From: Rectinemataceae bacterium
GTDB taxonomy: Bacteria > Spirochaetota > Spirochaetia > Treponematales > Rectinemataceae
DNA: 64,000 bases
NCBI GenBank assembly: GCA_035560555.1
Contig: DATMZF010000029.1
Span: 4,764 to 68,763 of the forward strand
Direction of reading: 5' to 3'
Shown: positions 36,559-45,541 of the stretch, one piece after another
How positions within the stretch are numbered: the stretch's first letter is position 1
How the letters are laid out: each line of letters starts with the position of its first letter
Notes under the pieces: generated by a model
What the model was told of the DNA's origin: nothing
The model's database searches: none
Seen by the model: only the letters and a program-made list of their open reading frames with translations
Position numbers and translations under genes: made by a program

Positions 36559-36586
36559 TTGACATACTAAAAAAACAGTGTATTAT
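36559..36586 (+). promoter_or_regulatory. Sigma70-like promoter of the second Opp/Dpp-type operon
   Basis: TTGACA (36559-36564), a 16-nt spacer, then TATTAT (36581-36586). It lies about 45 nt upstream of the ATG at 36632. Confidence 0.5.
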
Positions 36587-36631
36587 GCAAAAGTTAAGCC
36601 CCATCCTTCACCACGACAAGAGGAGAATTCA

Positions 36632-38173
36632 ATGAGAAAAAGATCTCTCGGAATCTTGCTGATTATCGCGGTTCTACTGGCTTTCGGAACCATGACGGGC
36701 TGGGCACAGGGCGCGAAGGACAAACCCCTCAAGCTCAGGCTGATCGCTTCGCTGGCATCGCTCGACTGGGAACAGACCACGAACACTCGAGACATGAAAG
36801 TCTGGCATCAGATGTACGAGGGCCTCTATGGCATGGACGAATCCAAGAATGGCTACTACATGGAACTCGCCAAGAAAATCGACGTCAGCAAAGACCAGAA
36901 AGCGTACACCATCGATCTCGTGGACGGCGTAAAGTTCCAGAACGGCGATCCCCTGAAGGCCTCCGATGTCGCGTTTAGCTACAAACGCGCCATGAAGAAC
37001 TCCAGGTTCAATTACCTGACCTCCATGATCGAGAAAGTCGAAGCTGTCGACGACAACACCGTCAGGATCACCTTGGACAAACCCTATTCCCCGATCGGCC
37101 ATACGTTCTTCTGCATCAAGATATTGAGCGAGAAGGAAGTCACGGCACAGGGATCCAAGTTCGGCACCATCCCGAACAAGGCCGGCACCGGCGCTTACTA
37201 TGTCACCGAATACAACATCGCCACAGGCGTCAAGCTCCAGGCCTTCGAGGGTTACTGGAGAGGCGCGCCCGCCATCAAGAATATCGAATACGCCGTCATT
37301 TCCGACGAGACCGCCGCTGTCATCGCCTACGAAAACGGCGAGCTGGATTACTTCGAAGACGTTCCCCTCTCGGCGTGGAAGTCGATCTCGAAAGTCGCCG
37401 GCGACAACGGAAAGCTGATCAAGGGCAACAATATCATGTTCATGGCCGTGAACTATCTTTCCCCGAAAAAGGCGCTCGCCAACCAGAAAGTGCGCGAGGC
37501 TATTTTCTACGCCATCAACAAGCACGACATCAACCTCGCGGTCTGCGACGGCTACGGAATCGAAGCGACGCAGTACATGCCCTCCGAATACGTGGCGACC
37601 TCGCCCGTGGACGGATTCAAGACCTACGATTTCAACCCGGAGCTTTCCAAGAAGCTGCTCGCCGAAGCGGGCTACCCCAAGGGCCTCGATGTCGGAACCA
37701 TCCTGACCTATGGCGCCAGCACCTCCAACAATTCCAAGATGGCTCAGGTTCTCCAGGCCAACCTCGCCGACGTCGGGATCACCGCCGCGGTATCGGTCAT
37801 GGAAGCCGCCGTCGTGACCCCGAAACTCTATACGCAGAACTATGACATCTGCGTGTTCGCCGACTCCGGCAACTACGACTACAACAATATCCGCCAGCAG
37901 GTTCACAGCGAGTCCACCGGCATGTACGTCGTCAAGTACAAGGACGGTCCCTTCAACTGGAAACGGCTCGAAGAGCTCGTCGACCTCGGCGTGTCCACGG
38001 TCGACGTCGCGAAACGCCGCGGCTACTACACCGAACTCTGGACAATCGTCATGGATTCCGCGACGATCCTGCCCTGCCTGCACCGACCAGTGGGCATCGT
38101 GTGGTCCAAGAGCCTGAACATCGGCCAGCCCGTTCCCACGTACTACAAGGTGCGCACGTTCAGCAGGAAATAG
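36632..38173 (+). CDS. ABC transporter substrate-binding protein, family 5
   Basis: Start at ATG 36632 (AGGAGA upstream). The signal peptide is MRKRSLGILLIIAVLLAFGTMTGWA. Length and motifs are typical of the family (GVKFQNGDPLKASDV, GTGAYYVTEY). Confidence 0.9.
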   Translation: MRKRSLGILLIIAVLLAFGTMTGWAQGAKDKPLKLRLIASLASLDWEQTTNTRDMKVWHQMYEGLYGMDESKNGYYMELAKKIDVSKDQKAYTIDLVDGVKFQNGDPLKASDVAFSYKRAMKNSRFNYLTSMIEKVEAVDDNTVRITLDKPYSPIGHTFFCIKILSEKEVTAQGSKFGTIPNKAGTGAYYVTEYNIATGVKLQAFEGYWRGAPAIKNIEYAVISDETAAVIAYENGELDYFEDVPLSAWKSISKVAGDNGKLIKGNNIMFMAVNYLSPKKALANQKVREAIFYAINKHDINLAVCDGYGIEATQYMPSEYVATSPVDGFKTYDFNPELSKKLLAEAGYPKGLDVGTILTYGASTSNNSKMAQVLQANLADVGITAAVSVMEAAVVTPKLYTQNYDICVFADSGNYDYNNIRQQVHSESTGMYVVKYKDGPFNWKRLEELVDLGVSTVDVAKRRGYYTELWTIVMDSATILPCLHRPVGIVWSKSLNIGQPVPTYYKVRTFSRK

Positions 38174-38234
38174 CCAGGAACGACGGGCTTGAGAATCGAT
38201 TGAACCGTATTGTAGAATCGGCACTACGGGGAAT

Positions 38235-38276
38235 TCAGGGCGTTTTCGCGCCGCATCCGGCGCGGGAATGCCCTGA
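38235..38276 (+). promoter_or_regulatory. Compound intercistronic stem-loop after the binding-protein gene
   Basis: TCAGGGC-gtttt-CGCGCCG-catc-CGGCGCG-ggaat-GCCCTGA forms two 7-bp perfect stems. It lies in the 135-nt gap between the binding-protein and permease genes. Confidence 0.4.
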
Positions 38277-38308
38277 TACTTTATGGTGCGGCCCGCATGG
38301 AGCTTTAG

Positions 38309-39250
38309 ATGTACAGATACATAATCAAGAGAATCCTATTTCTCATACCCACGATTCTGGGCGTCATCTTCATCATTTTCCTTGTGGGAAACATCACGCC
38401 AGGCGATCCGGCGCGCGCCCTGCTCGGCGTATCGGCTCCCCAGGCTGACGTCGACCAGCTCAACCACGAGTTGGGATACGACCAGCCGTTTCTCAAAAAG
38501 TACGTCAACTATGTCAAGAACATGGTGGTGAACCGCGATTTCGGCACCTCCTATTTCACGAAACAGTCGGTGTTCGACGAGATATGGCCGCGCTACCTTA
38601 TAACCATCAAGCTCGCGCTGATGGGCGTTTTTCTCTCGGCCATGATCGGGATTCCCTTGGGCATCTACGCGGCGGTCAAGCAGTATTCGCTGTGGGACAC
38701 CATCCCCTCCATCATCGCCTTCCTGATCGCGGCGATCCCCTCCTTCGTGCTGGGCATGCTGCTCCTGTTCTTCTTTTCGCTGAAACTCAACTGGCTGCCT
38801 TCCTATGGCATCAGCTCATTCAAGAACTACATCATGCCGGCGCTGGCCATTTCGGTTCCGCCGGCCGCGATGAACATGCGGTTCACGAAATCATCCATGC
38901 TGGAATCCATACGGCAGGATTACGTGCGCACCGCCCGCGCCAAAGGCGCTCCCGAGAACGTCGTCATCTGGAAACACGCGCTCAAGAACGCGCTGCTGCC
39001 GGTCATCACCAACATAGGCTTGAGCCTCGGCAGCCTCATCGCCGGAGCCGTCGTCGCCGAAAAACTCTTCTCGATTCCCGGCATCGGCAGCCTGATCGTC
39101 GATCGCATCACCTACAAGGACGAGCCTGTCATCATCGCGGGCACCATACTCATCGCCATCTGCTTCATGGTCGTCATGCTGATCGTCGACTTGATCTACG
39201 CCTACATCGACCCGCGGATAAGGGCCAAGTACGCCAGGACAAAGGGTTGA
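38309..39250 (+). CDS. ABC transporter permease (DppB/OppB-like)
   Basis: N-terminus MYRYIIKRILFLIPTILGVIFIIF, core RTARAKGAPE...KHALKNA and C-terminal IDPRIR. Confidence 0.9.
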   Translation: MYRYIIKRILFLIPTILGVIFIIFLVGNITPGDPARALLGVSAPQADVDQLNHELGYDQPFLKKYVNYVKNMVVNRDFGTSYFTKQSVFDEIWPRYLITIKLALMGVFLSAMIGIPLGIYAAVKQYSLWDTIPSIIAFLIAAIPSFVLGMLLLFFFSLKLNWLPSYGISSFKNYIMPALAISVPPAAMNMRFTKSSMLESIRQDYVRTARAKGAPENVVIWKHALKNALLPVITNIGLSLGSLIAGAVVAEKLFSIPGIGSLIVDRITYKDEPVIIAGTILIAICFMVVMLIVDLIYAYIDPRIRAKYARTKG

Positions 39251-39254
39251 TACG

Positions 39255-40220
39255 ATGGAAATAAAAACAATGGACAATCGAGGGAATGGAGACTCAGGCG
39301 GGACCGTGGCCGCGAACGGAATCCCGAACGGCGACGGGATCACGAATGGCGCCGCGGAAGGCAACCTCTTCAAGAAACAGAGCCAGGCTAAGGAAATCTG
39401 GCGCCGATTCAAGAAAAGCAAGGGCGCCGTCATCGGCCTCGTCATGTTCACCGCCATTTTCCTGGTCCTCCTCTGCGCCAATTTCATTACCCCCTACAGC
39501 ATGGCCACCAAACAGCAGCTCGCCAACAAGCTTTCTCCCCCGTCGGCGGCTCATTTGCTGGGAACGGACGCTTTCGGCCGCGACCTCTTCGCGCGCATCA
39601 TCCACGGCGGCAGGATGTCGCTGATCGTCGCGCTCCTGGCGACAATGACATCCTGCGTACTGGGCAGCGCGCTCGGCGCCATAGCGGGCTACTTCGGCGG
39701 GAAGATAGACAGCCTCATCATGAGGTCACTGGACATCTTCATGTCCATACCGGACATCCTCTTCACTATGGCCGTGGTTTTCGCCCTGGGCTCCAGCTTC
39801 ACGAACCTCCTCTTCGCCCTGACGCTGGCCTACTTCACGAACTACGTTCGCCTCGTCCGTTCGCAGGTGCTCAATCTGGCCGAGCTGGATTACGTGGAAG
39901 CGGCCAGGGCGGGCGGATCGGGCAGCGCCCGCATAATCCTGAGCCACATCCTGCCCAACGCCATGGGCGTTATCATCGTCAACACGACGCTCAACGTCGC
40001 GAAGATCATTCTGTACGAATCGACCTTGAGCTTCCTGGGTCTGGGCATGCCGCCGCCCGCGCCCGAATGGGGCCTGCTTCTTTCGGATGCCCGCGAGTAC
40101 ATGCGCGACGCGCCCTATCTCATGTTCTTCCCCGCGCTGGCGATCGTCCTGACCGCCTGTTCGGTCAACCTCATCGGCGATGGCCTGAGGGATGCGCTGG
40201 ATCCGCATCTGAAGTCCTGA
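39255..40220 (+). CDS. ABC transporter permease (DppC/OppC-like) with a low-complexity N-terminal extension
   Basis: HLLGTDAFGRD, DYVEAARAGG and DALDPHL are present. About 45 aa of Gly/Asn-rich sequence precede the first transmembrane segment. Confidence 0.88.
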   Translation: MEIKTMDNRGNGDSGGTVAANGIPNGDGITNGAAEGNLFKKQSQAKEIWRRFKKSKGAVIGLVMFTAIFLVLLCANFITPYSMATKQQLANKLSPPSAAHLLGTDAFGRDLFARIIHGGRMSLIVALLATMTSCVLGSALGAIAGYFGGKIDSLIMRSLDIFMSIPDILFTMAVVFALGSSFTNLLFALTLAYFTNYVRLVRSQVLNLAELDYVEAARAGGSGSARIILSHILPNAMGVIIVNTTLNVAKIILYESTLSFLGLGMPPPAPEWGLLLSDAREYMRDAPYLMFFPALAIVLTACSVNLIGDGLRDALDPHLKS

Positions 40221-40250
40221 TTCAAGATTCATTGAAGGGAATGCACAGGT

Positions 40251-41255
40251 ATGAGCGAAACAATTCTGGATATCGAAGACTTGACCGTCGTCTATAAAAC
40301 CGACCTGGAAACGATCAGGGCGGTCAACGGCATAGATCTGAAGATAGGCGTGGGCAAGACCCTCGGGCTCGTGGGCGAAACGGGCGCCGGCAAGACGACG
40401 ACCGCCCTGTCCATCCTGCGACTGCTCCCTAGCAACACGGGCAGAATTCTCAAAGGGTCCATACGATTCCACGACCTCGACATCCTTGGCCTGGAAGAAG
40501 CCAAGATGCGCGAGATCCGCGGAGCCAAGATCGCCATGGTTTTCCAGGACCCCATGACGAGCCTGAATCCCGTCATATCGGTGGGCGATCAGATCGCCGA
40601 GGCGATCGAACTGCACAACGAGAAGATGGGCAAAGAAGATATCCAAAAACGCGTGGAAGAGATCCTCTCGCTGGTGGGAATTCTTCCTTCGAGGAAAATA
40701 GACTATCCGCACCAGTTTTCCGGCGGGATGAAACAGCGCGTGGTGATTGCGATGGCGCTCGCCTGCGAGCCGGAACTGCTGATAGCGGACGAGCCGACGA
40801 CAGCCCTCGACGTCACGATCCAGGCCCAGGTGCTCATGATGATTAAGGAACTGAGGAATCGCCTCGGCACCTCGATGCTCATGATCACCCACAATCTGGG
40901 CATCGTCGCGAAAATCTGCGACGACGTGGCGGTGATGTACGCGGGCGAGATCGTCGAGGCGGGTAGCGTCGAGGACCTCTTCCTCGGAAAAAAGCACCAT
41001 CCGTATACGGAAGGCCTGTTCGGCTCGATCCCGAGCCTCTCCTCGCGCTCGGCTCGCCTCAATCCCATCCCCGGCCTGATGCCCGATCCCTCCAACCTGC
41101 CGGAGGGCTGCTGCTTCGAACCGAGGTGCAAGTACCGCATGGATATCTGCGCGAAGACGCACCCTGAGAGCATCCGCTTCGGGACACATTCCCTGCGCTG
41201 CCATTTGTTCGACCAAAGCTCGACGCGGCCTGAAGAGACGGGGCTGAAACCATGA
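40251..41255 (+). CDS. ABC transporter ATP-binding protein (DppD/OppD-like)
   Basis: Walker A GETGAGKT, signature FSGGMKQR, Walker [13 protein letters not shown] and C-terminal GCCFEPRC. Confidence 0.9.
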   Translation: MSETILDIEDLTVVYKTDLETIRAVNGIDLKIGVGKTLGLVGETGAGKTTTALSILRLLPSNTGRILKGSIRFHDLDILGLEEAKMREIRGAKIAMVFQDPMTSLNPVISVGDQIAEAIELHNEKMGKEDIQKRVEEILSLVGILPSRKIDYPHQFSGGMKQRVVIAMALACEPELLIADEPTTALDVTIQAQVLMMIKELRNRLGTSMLMITHNLGIVAKICDDVAVMYAGEIVEAGSVEDLFLGKKHHPYTEGLFGSIPSLSSRSARLNPIPGLMPDPSNLPEGCCFEPRCKYRMDICAKTHPESIRFGTHSLRCHLFDQSSTRPEETGLKP

Positions 41256-42229
41256 ACGACAACAGAGTTCCCTTGATCGAGATAAAGGACCTGAGAAAGC
41301 TATTCAAGCTGAAGGGCGGAGACCTGCTTCACGCCGTGGACGGGATAAACCTCAAAATTTATCCGCGAGAGACCGTGGGCGTGGTGGGCGAGTCGGGATG
41401 CGGTAAAAGCACCCTGGGAAGATCCATACTCAGGTTGATCGATCCAACCTCGGGCGCCGTTTTCTACAACGGGCGGAACATCCTGGACTTAAGTCCGAGA
41501 AAGATGCGCGAGATGCGCAAGGACCTGCAGATCATATTCCAGGACCCCTATTCGAGCATCGATCCGCGCAAATCCGTGATAGAAGTCATCGCGGAGTACA
41601 TGTTCATCCATAGAATGTTCAGGACGAGGGCGGAGACCTACAATCGCGCCGCCGAGCTGATGGACCTCGTGGGCCTGGCTCGACGCTACGCGAACTCCTA
41701 CCCCCACGAACTGGACGGCGGGCGCAGACAGCGCGTCGGGATCGCCCGGGCGCTCTCCCTGAACCCCAAGTTCATCGTCTGCGACGAACCCGTCTCGGCC
41801 CTCGACGTATCCATCCAGGCGCAAATACTGAACCTGCTCATGGACCTGGAGGACGAGCTCGGGCTGACCTACATGTTCGTCACGCACGACATGAGCGTCG
41901 TCAAGCACATCTCGAACAAGATCATGGTCATGTATCTCGGCAAGTGCGCCGAGATGGCGCCCTCGGACGAACTTTTCGAGAATCCGCAGCACCCCTACAC
42001 CAAGGCGCTGCTCAGCGCCATACCGGAAGCCGATTTTTCCAAGCGGAACAAGGAATTCATCCTCATAAAGGGCGAGATCAGCAACCCCATCAACGTGAAG
42101 CCCGGCTGCAGATTCGCGAAACGCTGCGATTACTGCATGGAACAGTGCGCGTATACGGATCCCGAACTGGTAGAAATATCTCCCGACCACTATGTTTCCT
42201 GTTTCCTGATGAAACAGAGAGGAGCGTGA
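41252..42229 (+). CDS. ABC transporter ATP-binding protein (DppF/OppF-like)
   Basis: The start overlaps the upstream stop (ATGA). Walker [10 protein letters not shown], an LDGGRRQR signature variant, Walker [13 protein letters not shown] and C-terminal GCRFAKRC. Confidence 0.9.
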   Translation: MNDNRVPLIEIKDLRKLFKLKGGDLLHAVDGINLKIYPRETVGVVGESGCGKSTLGRSILRLIDPTSGAVFYNGRNILDLSPRKMREMRKDLQIIFQDPYSSIDPRKSVIEVIAEYMFIHRMFRTRAETYNRAAELMDLVGLARRYANSYPHELDGGRRQRVGIARALSLNPKFIVCDEPVSALDVSIQAQILNLLMDLEDELGLTYMFVTHDMSVVKHISNKIMVMYLGKCAEMAPSDELFENPQHPYTKALLSAIPEADFSKRNKEFILIKGEISNPINVKPGCRFAKRCDYCMEQCAYTDPELVEISPDHYVSCFLMKQRGA

Positions 42230-42231
42230 CC

Positions 42232-43404
42232 ATGACCTTTGGAGTCCTGAAGGATATCAAGACCGGCGAAAATCGCGTCATGATGACCCCCGTGGAAGTC
42301 GCTTCCATCGTCGCCGACGGCCACAAGGTGCTGGCGCAGAAGGACTGCGGCGCAGGAAGCGGCTTTTTCGACGAGCGGTATAGGGCGGCAGGCGCGGAAA
42401 TCGTGGAGACTATGGAAGAGATGTACGCCCGCTGCGACATGCTCGTGAAGGTGAAGGAAATCGAAAAAAGCGAATACGGACTCCTCAGGGAGGGCCAGAT
42501 CATTGTCACCTGCATCCATCCGGCGGGCCACCCCGAAGAGCTGGACGCCCTGCTGGAGAAAAAAGTCATCGCCTTCACCGCCGAGGACAGCCACCGCTAC
42601 GGCTCGCCCAATTGCGAGGCCGCGGGCAAGCAGGGAGCCCTGTTCGGCCTGGAATCCCTCCTCACCATCAACGGCGGCAAGGGCAAGTTCGTGAGCGGCC
42701 TCGCCGGGGCCCCCGGCATCAAGGCGGTCATTCTCGGCGCCGGCGTCGTGGGAAAATCGGCGCTCCAGGTGCTCCAGTGCCTCGGCGCCTGGGTCACCGT
42801 CCTGGACATCAACCTCGCCGCCCTGCGCGAAATCGGCCCCATGTACCACGAGCGCGTGAACACGATGTTCTGCACCAAGGAAGTGATCGCCAAACTCCTG
42901 CCCGAAACGGACCTCATCATCAACTGCGTGAAATGGCCCAAGCAGCGCAAGGATTTTCTCGTCGACAAGGAAATGCTGAAGCTCATGGAGCCTGGATCGG
43001 TGCTGGTGGACATCAGCAACGACGATCCGGGAGCCATAGAAAGCAGCCACGAGACCCACCACGACAATCCGCGCTATGTCGTCAACGGCGTCGTCCACTA
43101 CTGCGTCAGCAACATTCCCGGCGCCATCGCGCAGTCCACCTCCATAGCCTACGCGGCCGAGATGCTGCCTCACTTCAGGAGCATCCTGAACAACGGCGTC
43201 GCGGAAGCCTGCGTGAGGGACGGCTACCTGAGGCGCAGCCTCACCGCCTACAAAGGCCTTTTGACGCACGAGGAAGCGAGCGGCATCCAGGGCAAGCCCT
43301 GGATCAGGCCCGAAGAAGCGCTCGGCATCGTTGGCAGGAAACTGGATCCGGCCCCGCCCGCCACCACGACACGCTCCGAGAATTACATAAAAGGAATACT
43401 ATAA
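42232..43404 (+). CDS. Alanine dehydrogenase / PNT-family oxidoreductase paralog 1 (divergent)
   Basis: Only the 3' part of track ORF 41944..43404 is used, with the ATG at 42232 (2 nt after the ATPase stop). AlaDH-like blocks are KDIKTGENRVMMTP, LVKVKEIE, CIHPAG, GAGVVG and VLVDISNDDPG. Confidence 0.72.
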   Translation: MTFGVLKDIKTGENRVMMTPVEVASIVADGHKVLAQKDCGAGSGFFDERYRAAGAEIVETMEEMYARCDMLVKVKEIEKSEYGLLREGQIIVTCIHPAGHPEELDALLEKKVIAFTAEDSHRYGSPNCEAAGKQGALFGLESLLTINGGKGKFVSGLAGAPGIKAVILGAGVVGKSALQVLQCLGAWVTVLDINLAALREIGPMYHERVNTMFCTKEVIAKLLPETDLIINCVKWPKQRKDFLVDKEMLKLMEPGSVLVDISNDDPGAIESSHETHHDNPRYVVNGVVHYCVSNIPGAIAQSTSIAYAAEMLPHFRSILNNGVAEACVRDGYLRRSLTAYKGLLTHEEASGIQGKPWIRPEEALGIVGRKLDPAPPATTTRSENYIKGIL

Positions 43405-44528
43405 TGGTCATCGGCATCCCGAAAGAAATAAAGAACAATGAGTACCGCTGCGCGGCCACGCCCGGCACGGTTTCCGAACTCGCGAGGAAGGGACACAGCG
43501 TCCTCGTCGAACCGGGCGCCGGCCTCGGCAGCTCCATAAGCGACGAGGATTTTCGGCGGGCCGGCGCCGCCATAACCGACAGAGACAGCCTGTACCGAAA
43601 CTGCGAAATGCTCTACAAGGTCAAGGAGATCATGGAGCCTGAATTCAAGTATCTCAGGAAAGGCATGATCATCTTCACCTATCTGCATTCGAACGGCCAC
43701 CGCGAGATGACCGACAAGCTGCTCGAGGCTAAGGTCATCGGCATAGCGTACGAGGACATCACCGACGAGTCGGGCGCCTTCCCCCTGCTCGCCCCCATGA
43801 GCGAAATCGCGGGAAAGGGCGGCTTCATAGCGGCCTGTCACCATATGCAGAGCGTCGCCGGCGGATGCGGAATCCTCCTGGGCCGCGTCTCGGGCGTCCG
43901 GACTCCGGAGATCACGATAATAGGAGCGGGCAACGCGGGGCTCGGGGCCGCCGAAATGGCCGCCGGACTCGGCAATCGGGTGACCATCCTCGATATCTCG
44001 AAGGAGAGCATGGACGCCGCCAAGGCTCGCCTGCCGGCCAATGTGGAGTTCCTGTACTCGAACCACGACAATCTCATGAAATGCCTGGCCCGGTCGGACG
44101 TGCTCCTGAACTGCATTCTCTGGCCAAAGGCGCGCAAGGATCATCTCGTGACTCGCGACATGCTCAGGAGCATGAAACCTTCCGCCCTGATCGTCGACGT
44201 GTCCTGCGACGAAGGCGGCGCCATCGAGACCTGCAGGGCGACATCCCACGATGACCCGGTCTACCGCGAGGAAGGCATCGCGCATTATTGCGTCGACAAC
44301 ATTCCCTCAGCCTTCTCCGCCTCCGCGACGGCGGCGTTGGCCTCCGCCACCCTGCCCTACGCCCTCCAGATAGCTGGGAAGGGCGCCTTGAAGGCGCTAC
44401 GCGAAAACGCCCACTTGCGGCATGGGCTCACCTGCTATTTCGGCGACCTCACGCTGGAAGAGACGGGGCTCAAGCAGTCTCGGCCATATAAAAACCCGGG
44501 CTCGCTGCCGGATTTCGCGTCGCGGTAA
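43404..44528 (+). CDS. Alanine dehydrogenase / PNT-family oxidoreductase paralog 2
   Basis: The ATG shares one nt with the upstream TAA (TAATG). The protein is collinear with Ald: IGIPKEIKNNEYRCAATP, LYKVKEI, TYLHSN, IAYEDI, PLLAPMSEIAG, IIGAGNAG, IVDVSCDEGG and HYCVDNIP. Confidence 0.8.
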   Translation: MVIGIPKEIKNNEYRCAATPGTVSELARKGHSVLVEPGAGLGSSISDEDFRRAGAAITDRDSLYRNCEMLYKVKEIMEPEFKYLRKGMIIFTYLHSNGHREMTDKLLEAKVIGIAYEDITDESGAFPLLAPMSEIAGKGGFIAACHHMQSVAGGCGILLGRVSGVRTPEITIIGAGNAGLGAAEMAAGLGNRVTILDISKESMDAAKARLPANVEFLYSNHDNLMKCLARSDVLLNCILWPKARKDHLVTRDMLRSMKPSALIVDVSCDEGGAIETCRATSHDDPVYREEGIAHYCVDNIPSAFSASATAALASATLPYALQIAGKGALKALRENAHLRHGLTCYFGDLTLEETGLKQSRPYKNPGSLPDFASR

Positions 44529-44586
44529 AACCGACCTGTAAAACCTGCCTGCAAAGCCCGCCTATCAGGCTGCCCTGTAAAGCCGG
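44522..44586. repeat. Five degenerate 13-bp tandem units
   Basis: GCGGTAAAACCGA / CCTGTAAAACCTG / CCTGCAAAGCCCG / CCTATCAGGCTGC / CCTGTAAAGCCGG. The first unit overlaps the TAA stop of the preceding gene. Confidence 0.5.
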
Positions 44587-44782
44587 CCCCCTCGTCGCTT
44601 CAGCGGACGAGCCATCCTCACCGCCCGCCAAGGGACCCGCCGCCCTTCTCTCGCGGCCCTTGAAGAGAGGTCGACAATGGCTGCGGGCCGAAACATCGGC
44701 CCGGAAGGGATTCGTCTTGACCGCGGCTCGTGGTCCGTGTACGGTTCATGTGCGATGCTATGTGTACCAAGGAGGATTTTTT

Positions 44783-45472
44783 ATGAAGAAAATGTTGACG
44801 TTGGCAATCGTTCTGGCGTTGTTCGCCCTGATTCCGGCGATGGCCGCCAGTGAAACCGAACTCAAGGCGAATTATGAAGTCGCCGCCAAGGCCGCCGCCG
44901 CCGCGCCCCAGGACTATGCGCTCAACTGGAAAGCCGCCGAAGCCGCGCGAAAATATGGAGATTTCCTCGTCGAGGAAGAATCGTCGGGTTGGAAGGAAAC
45001 CGCTCGCGCCGCCGCGAAAGAGGGCATCAAGTACGGCGAAATCGCCTGCGCGATAAATCCGACGGGCATCGAGGGCTGGTACTACTATGGGCTCTGCGTC
45101 GGCACCTACTCCGACTGCGTGAGCATCGTCAAAGCCCTCGCCGAAGGCCTCAAAGGCAAGACCCAGAAAGGTTTCGAGAACGCCTACAAGTACGACAAGA
45201 TGTACGACAAGGGCGGCCCCATGCTCTCCCTGGGACGCTTCTGGCAGGTTCTGCCCGGGATAGCGGGCCAGGACAGAAAAAAGGCCGAACAGCTTTTCAA
45301 TGAGTACATTTCGCTCTTCGGCGCGAAGCCGGACGCGAACAGCGACGCCTGGTTCTTCCGCGGACAGCTTTATAAAGATATGGGCAAAACTGCCGAAGCG
45401 AAAGCGGATCTGCAAAAATCATCGGGCATGGGCAACAAGGACGCCACGAGACTCCTCGCGGAGATGAAATAA
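44783..45472 (+). CDS. Secreted helical (TPR-like?) protein, function unknown
   Basis: Start at ATG 44783 (AGGAGG upstream). The signal peptide is MKKMLTLAIVLALFALIPAMA. The composition is Ala/Lys/Glu-rich and helical, and the C-terminal segment looks TPR-like (AWFFRGQLYKDMGKTAEAKADLQK). Confidence 0.5.
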   Translation: MKKMLTLAIVLALFALIPAMAASETELKANYEVAAKAAAAAPQDYALNWKAAEAARKYGDFLVEEESSGWKETARAAAKEGIKYGEIACAINPTGIEGWYYYGLCVGTYSDCVSIVKALAEGLKGKTQKGFENAYKYDKMYDKGGPMLSLGRFWQVLPGIAGQDRKKAEQLFNEYISLFGAKPDANSDAWFFRGQLYKDMGKTAEAKADLQKSSGMGNKDATRLLAEMK

Positions 45473-45497
45473 AAAGCCCTCGCGGTCACGACAAAGA

Positions 45498-45529
45498 GCC
45501 CCGAGCGAGGCATATGCCTCGCCCGGGGC
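45498..45529. terminator. Strong GC-rich hairpin between convergent genes (candidate bidirectional terminator)
   Basis: GCCCCG-A-GCGAGGCATATGCCTCGC-C-CGGGGC. The core is an 18-bp perfect palindrome flanked by a further 6-bp pairing. There is no long T-run. Confidence 0.5.
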
Positions 45530-45541
45530 ATTAGGGAATTC

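Noticed and set aside
36453-36631. Mg2+ (M-box) riboswitch upstream of corA
   Set aside because: The region is short, and the divergent promoter of the ABC operon occupies most of it. I could not recognise the extended conserved helices of an M-box.
38194-38201. A second AATCGATT core like that of the LacI-type operator
   Set aside because: Only the 8-bp core matches, and the flanks are neither symmetric nor similar to 48195-48210. An 8-mer is expected about once by chance in a window of this size.
36674-38224. 516-aa minus-strand ORF
   Set aside because: It is antisense to the family-5 binding-protein gene 36632..38173. Composition is biased (Gly/Asp/Val/Arg), it has no motifs, and its start context is poor.
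39726-41216. 496-aa minus-strand ORF
   Set aside because: It is antisense to a permease gene and an ATPase gene that carry clear ABC motifs. It is an artefact.
42612-43403. 5' two-thirds of the 638-aa ORF 42612..44528
   Set aside because: This part is an out-of-frame read across AlaDH paralog 1. Recognisable sequence begins only at ATG 43404 (MVIGIPKEIKNNEY).
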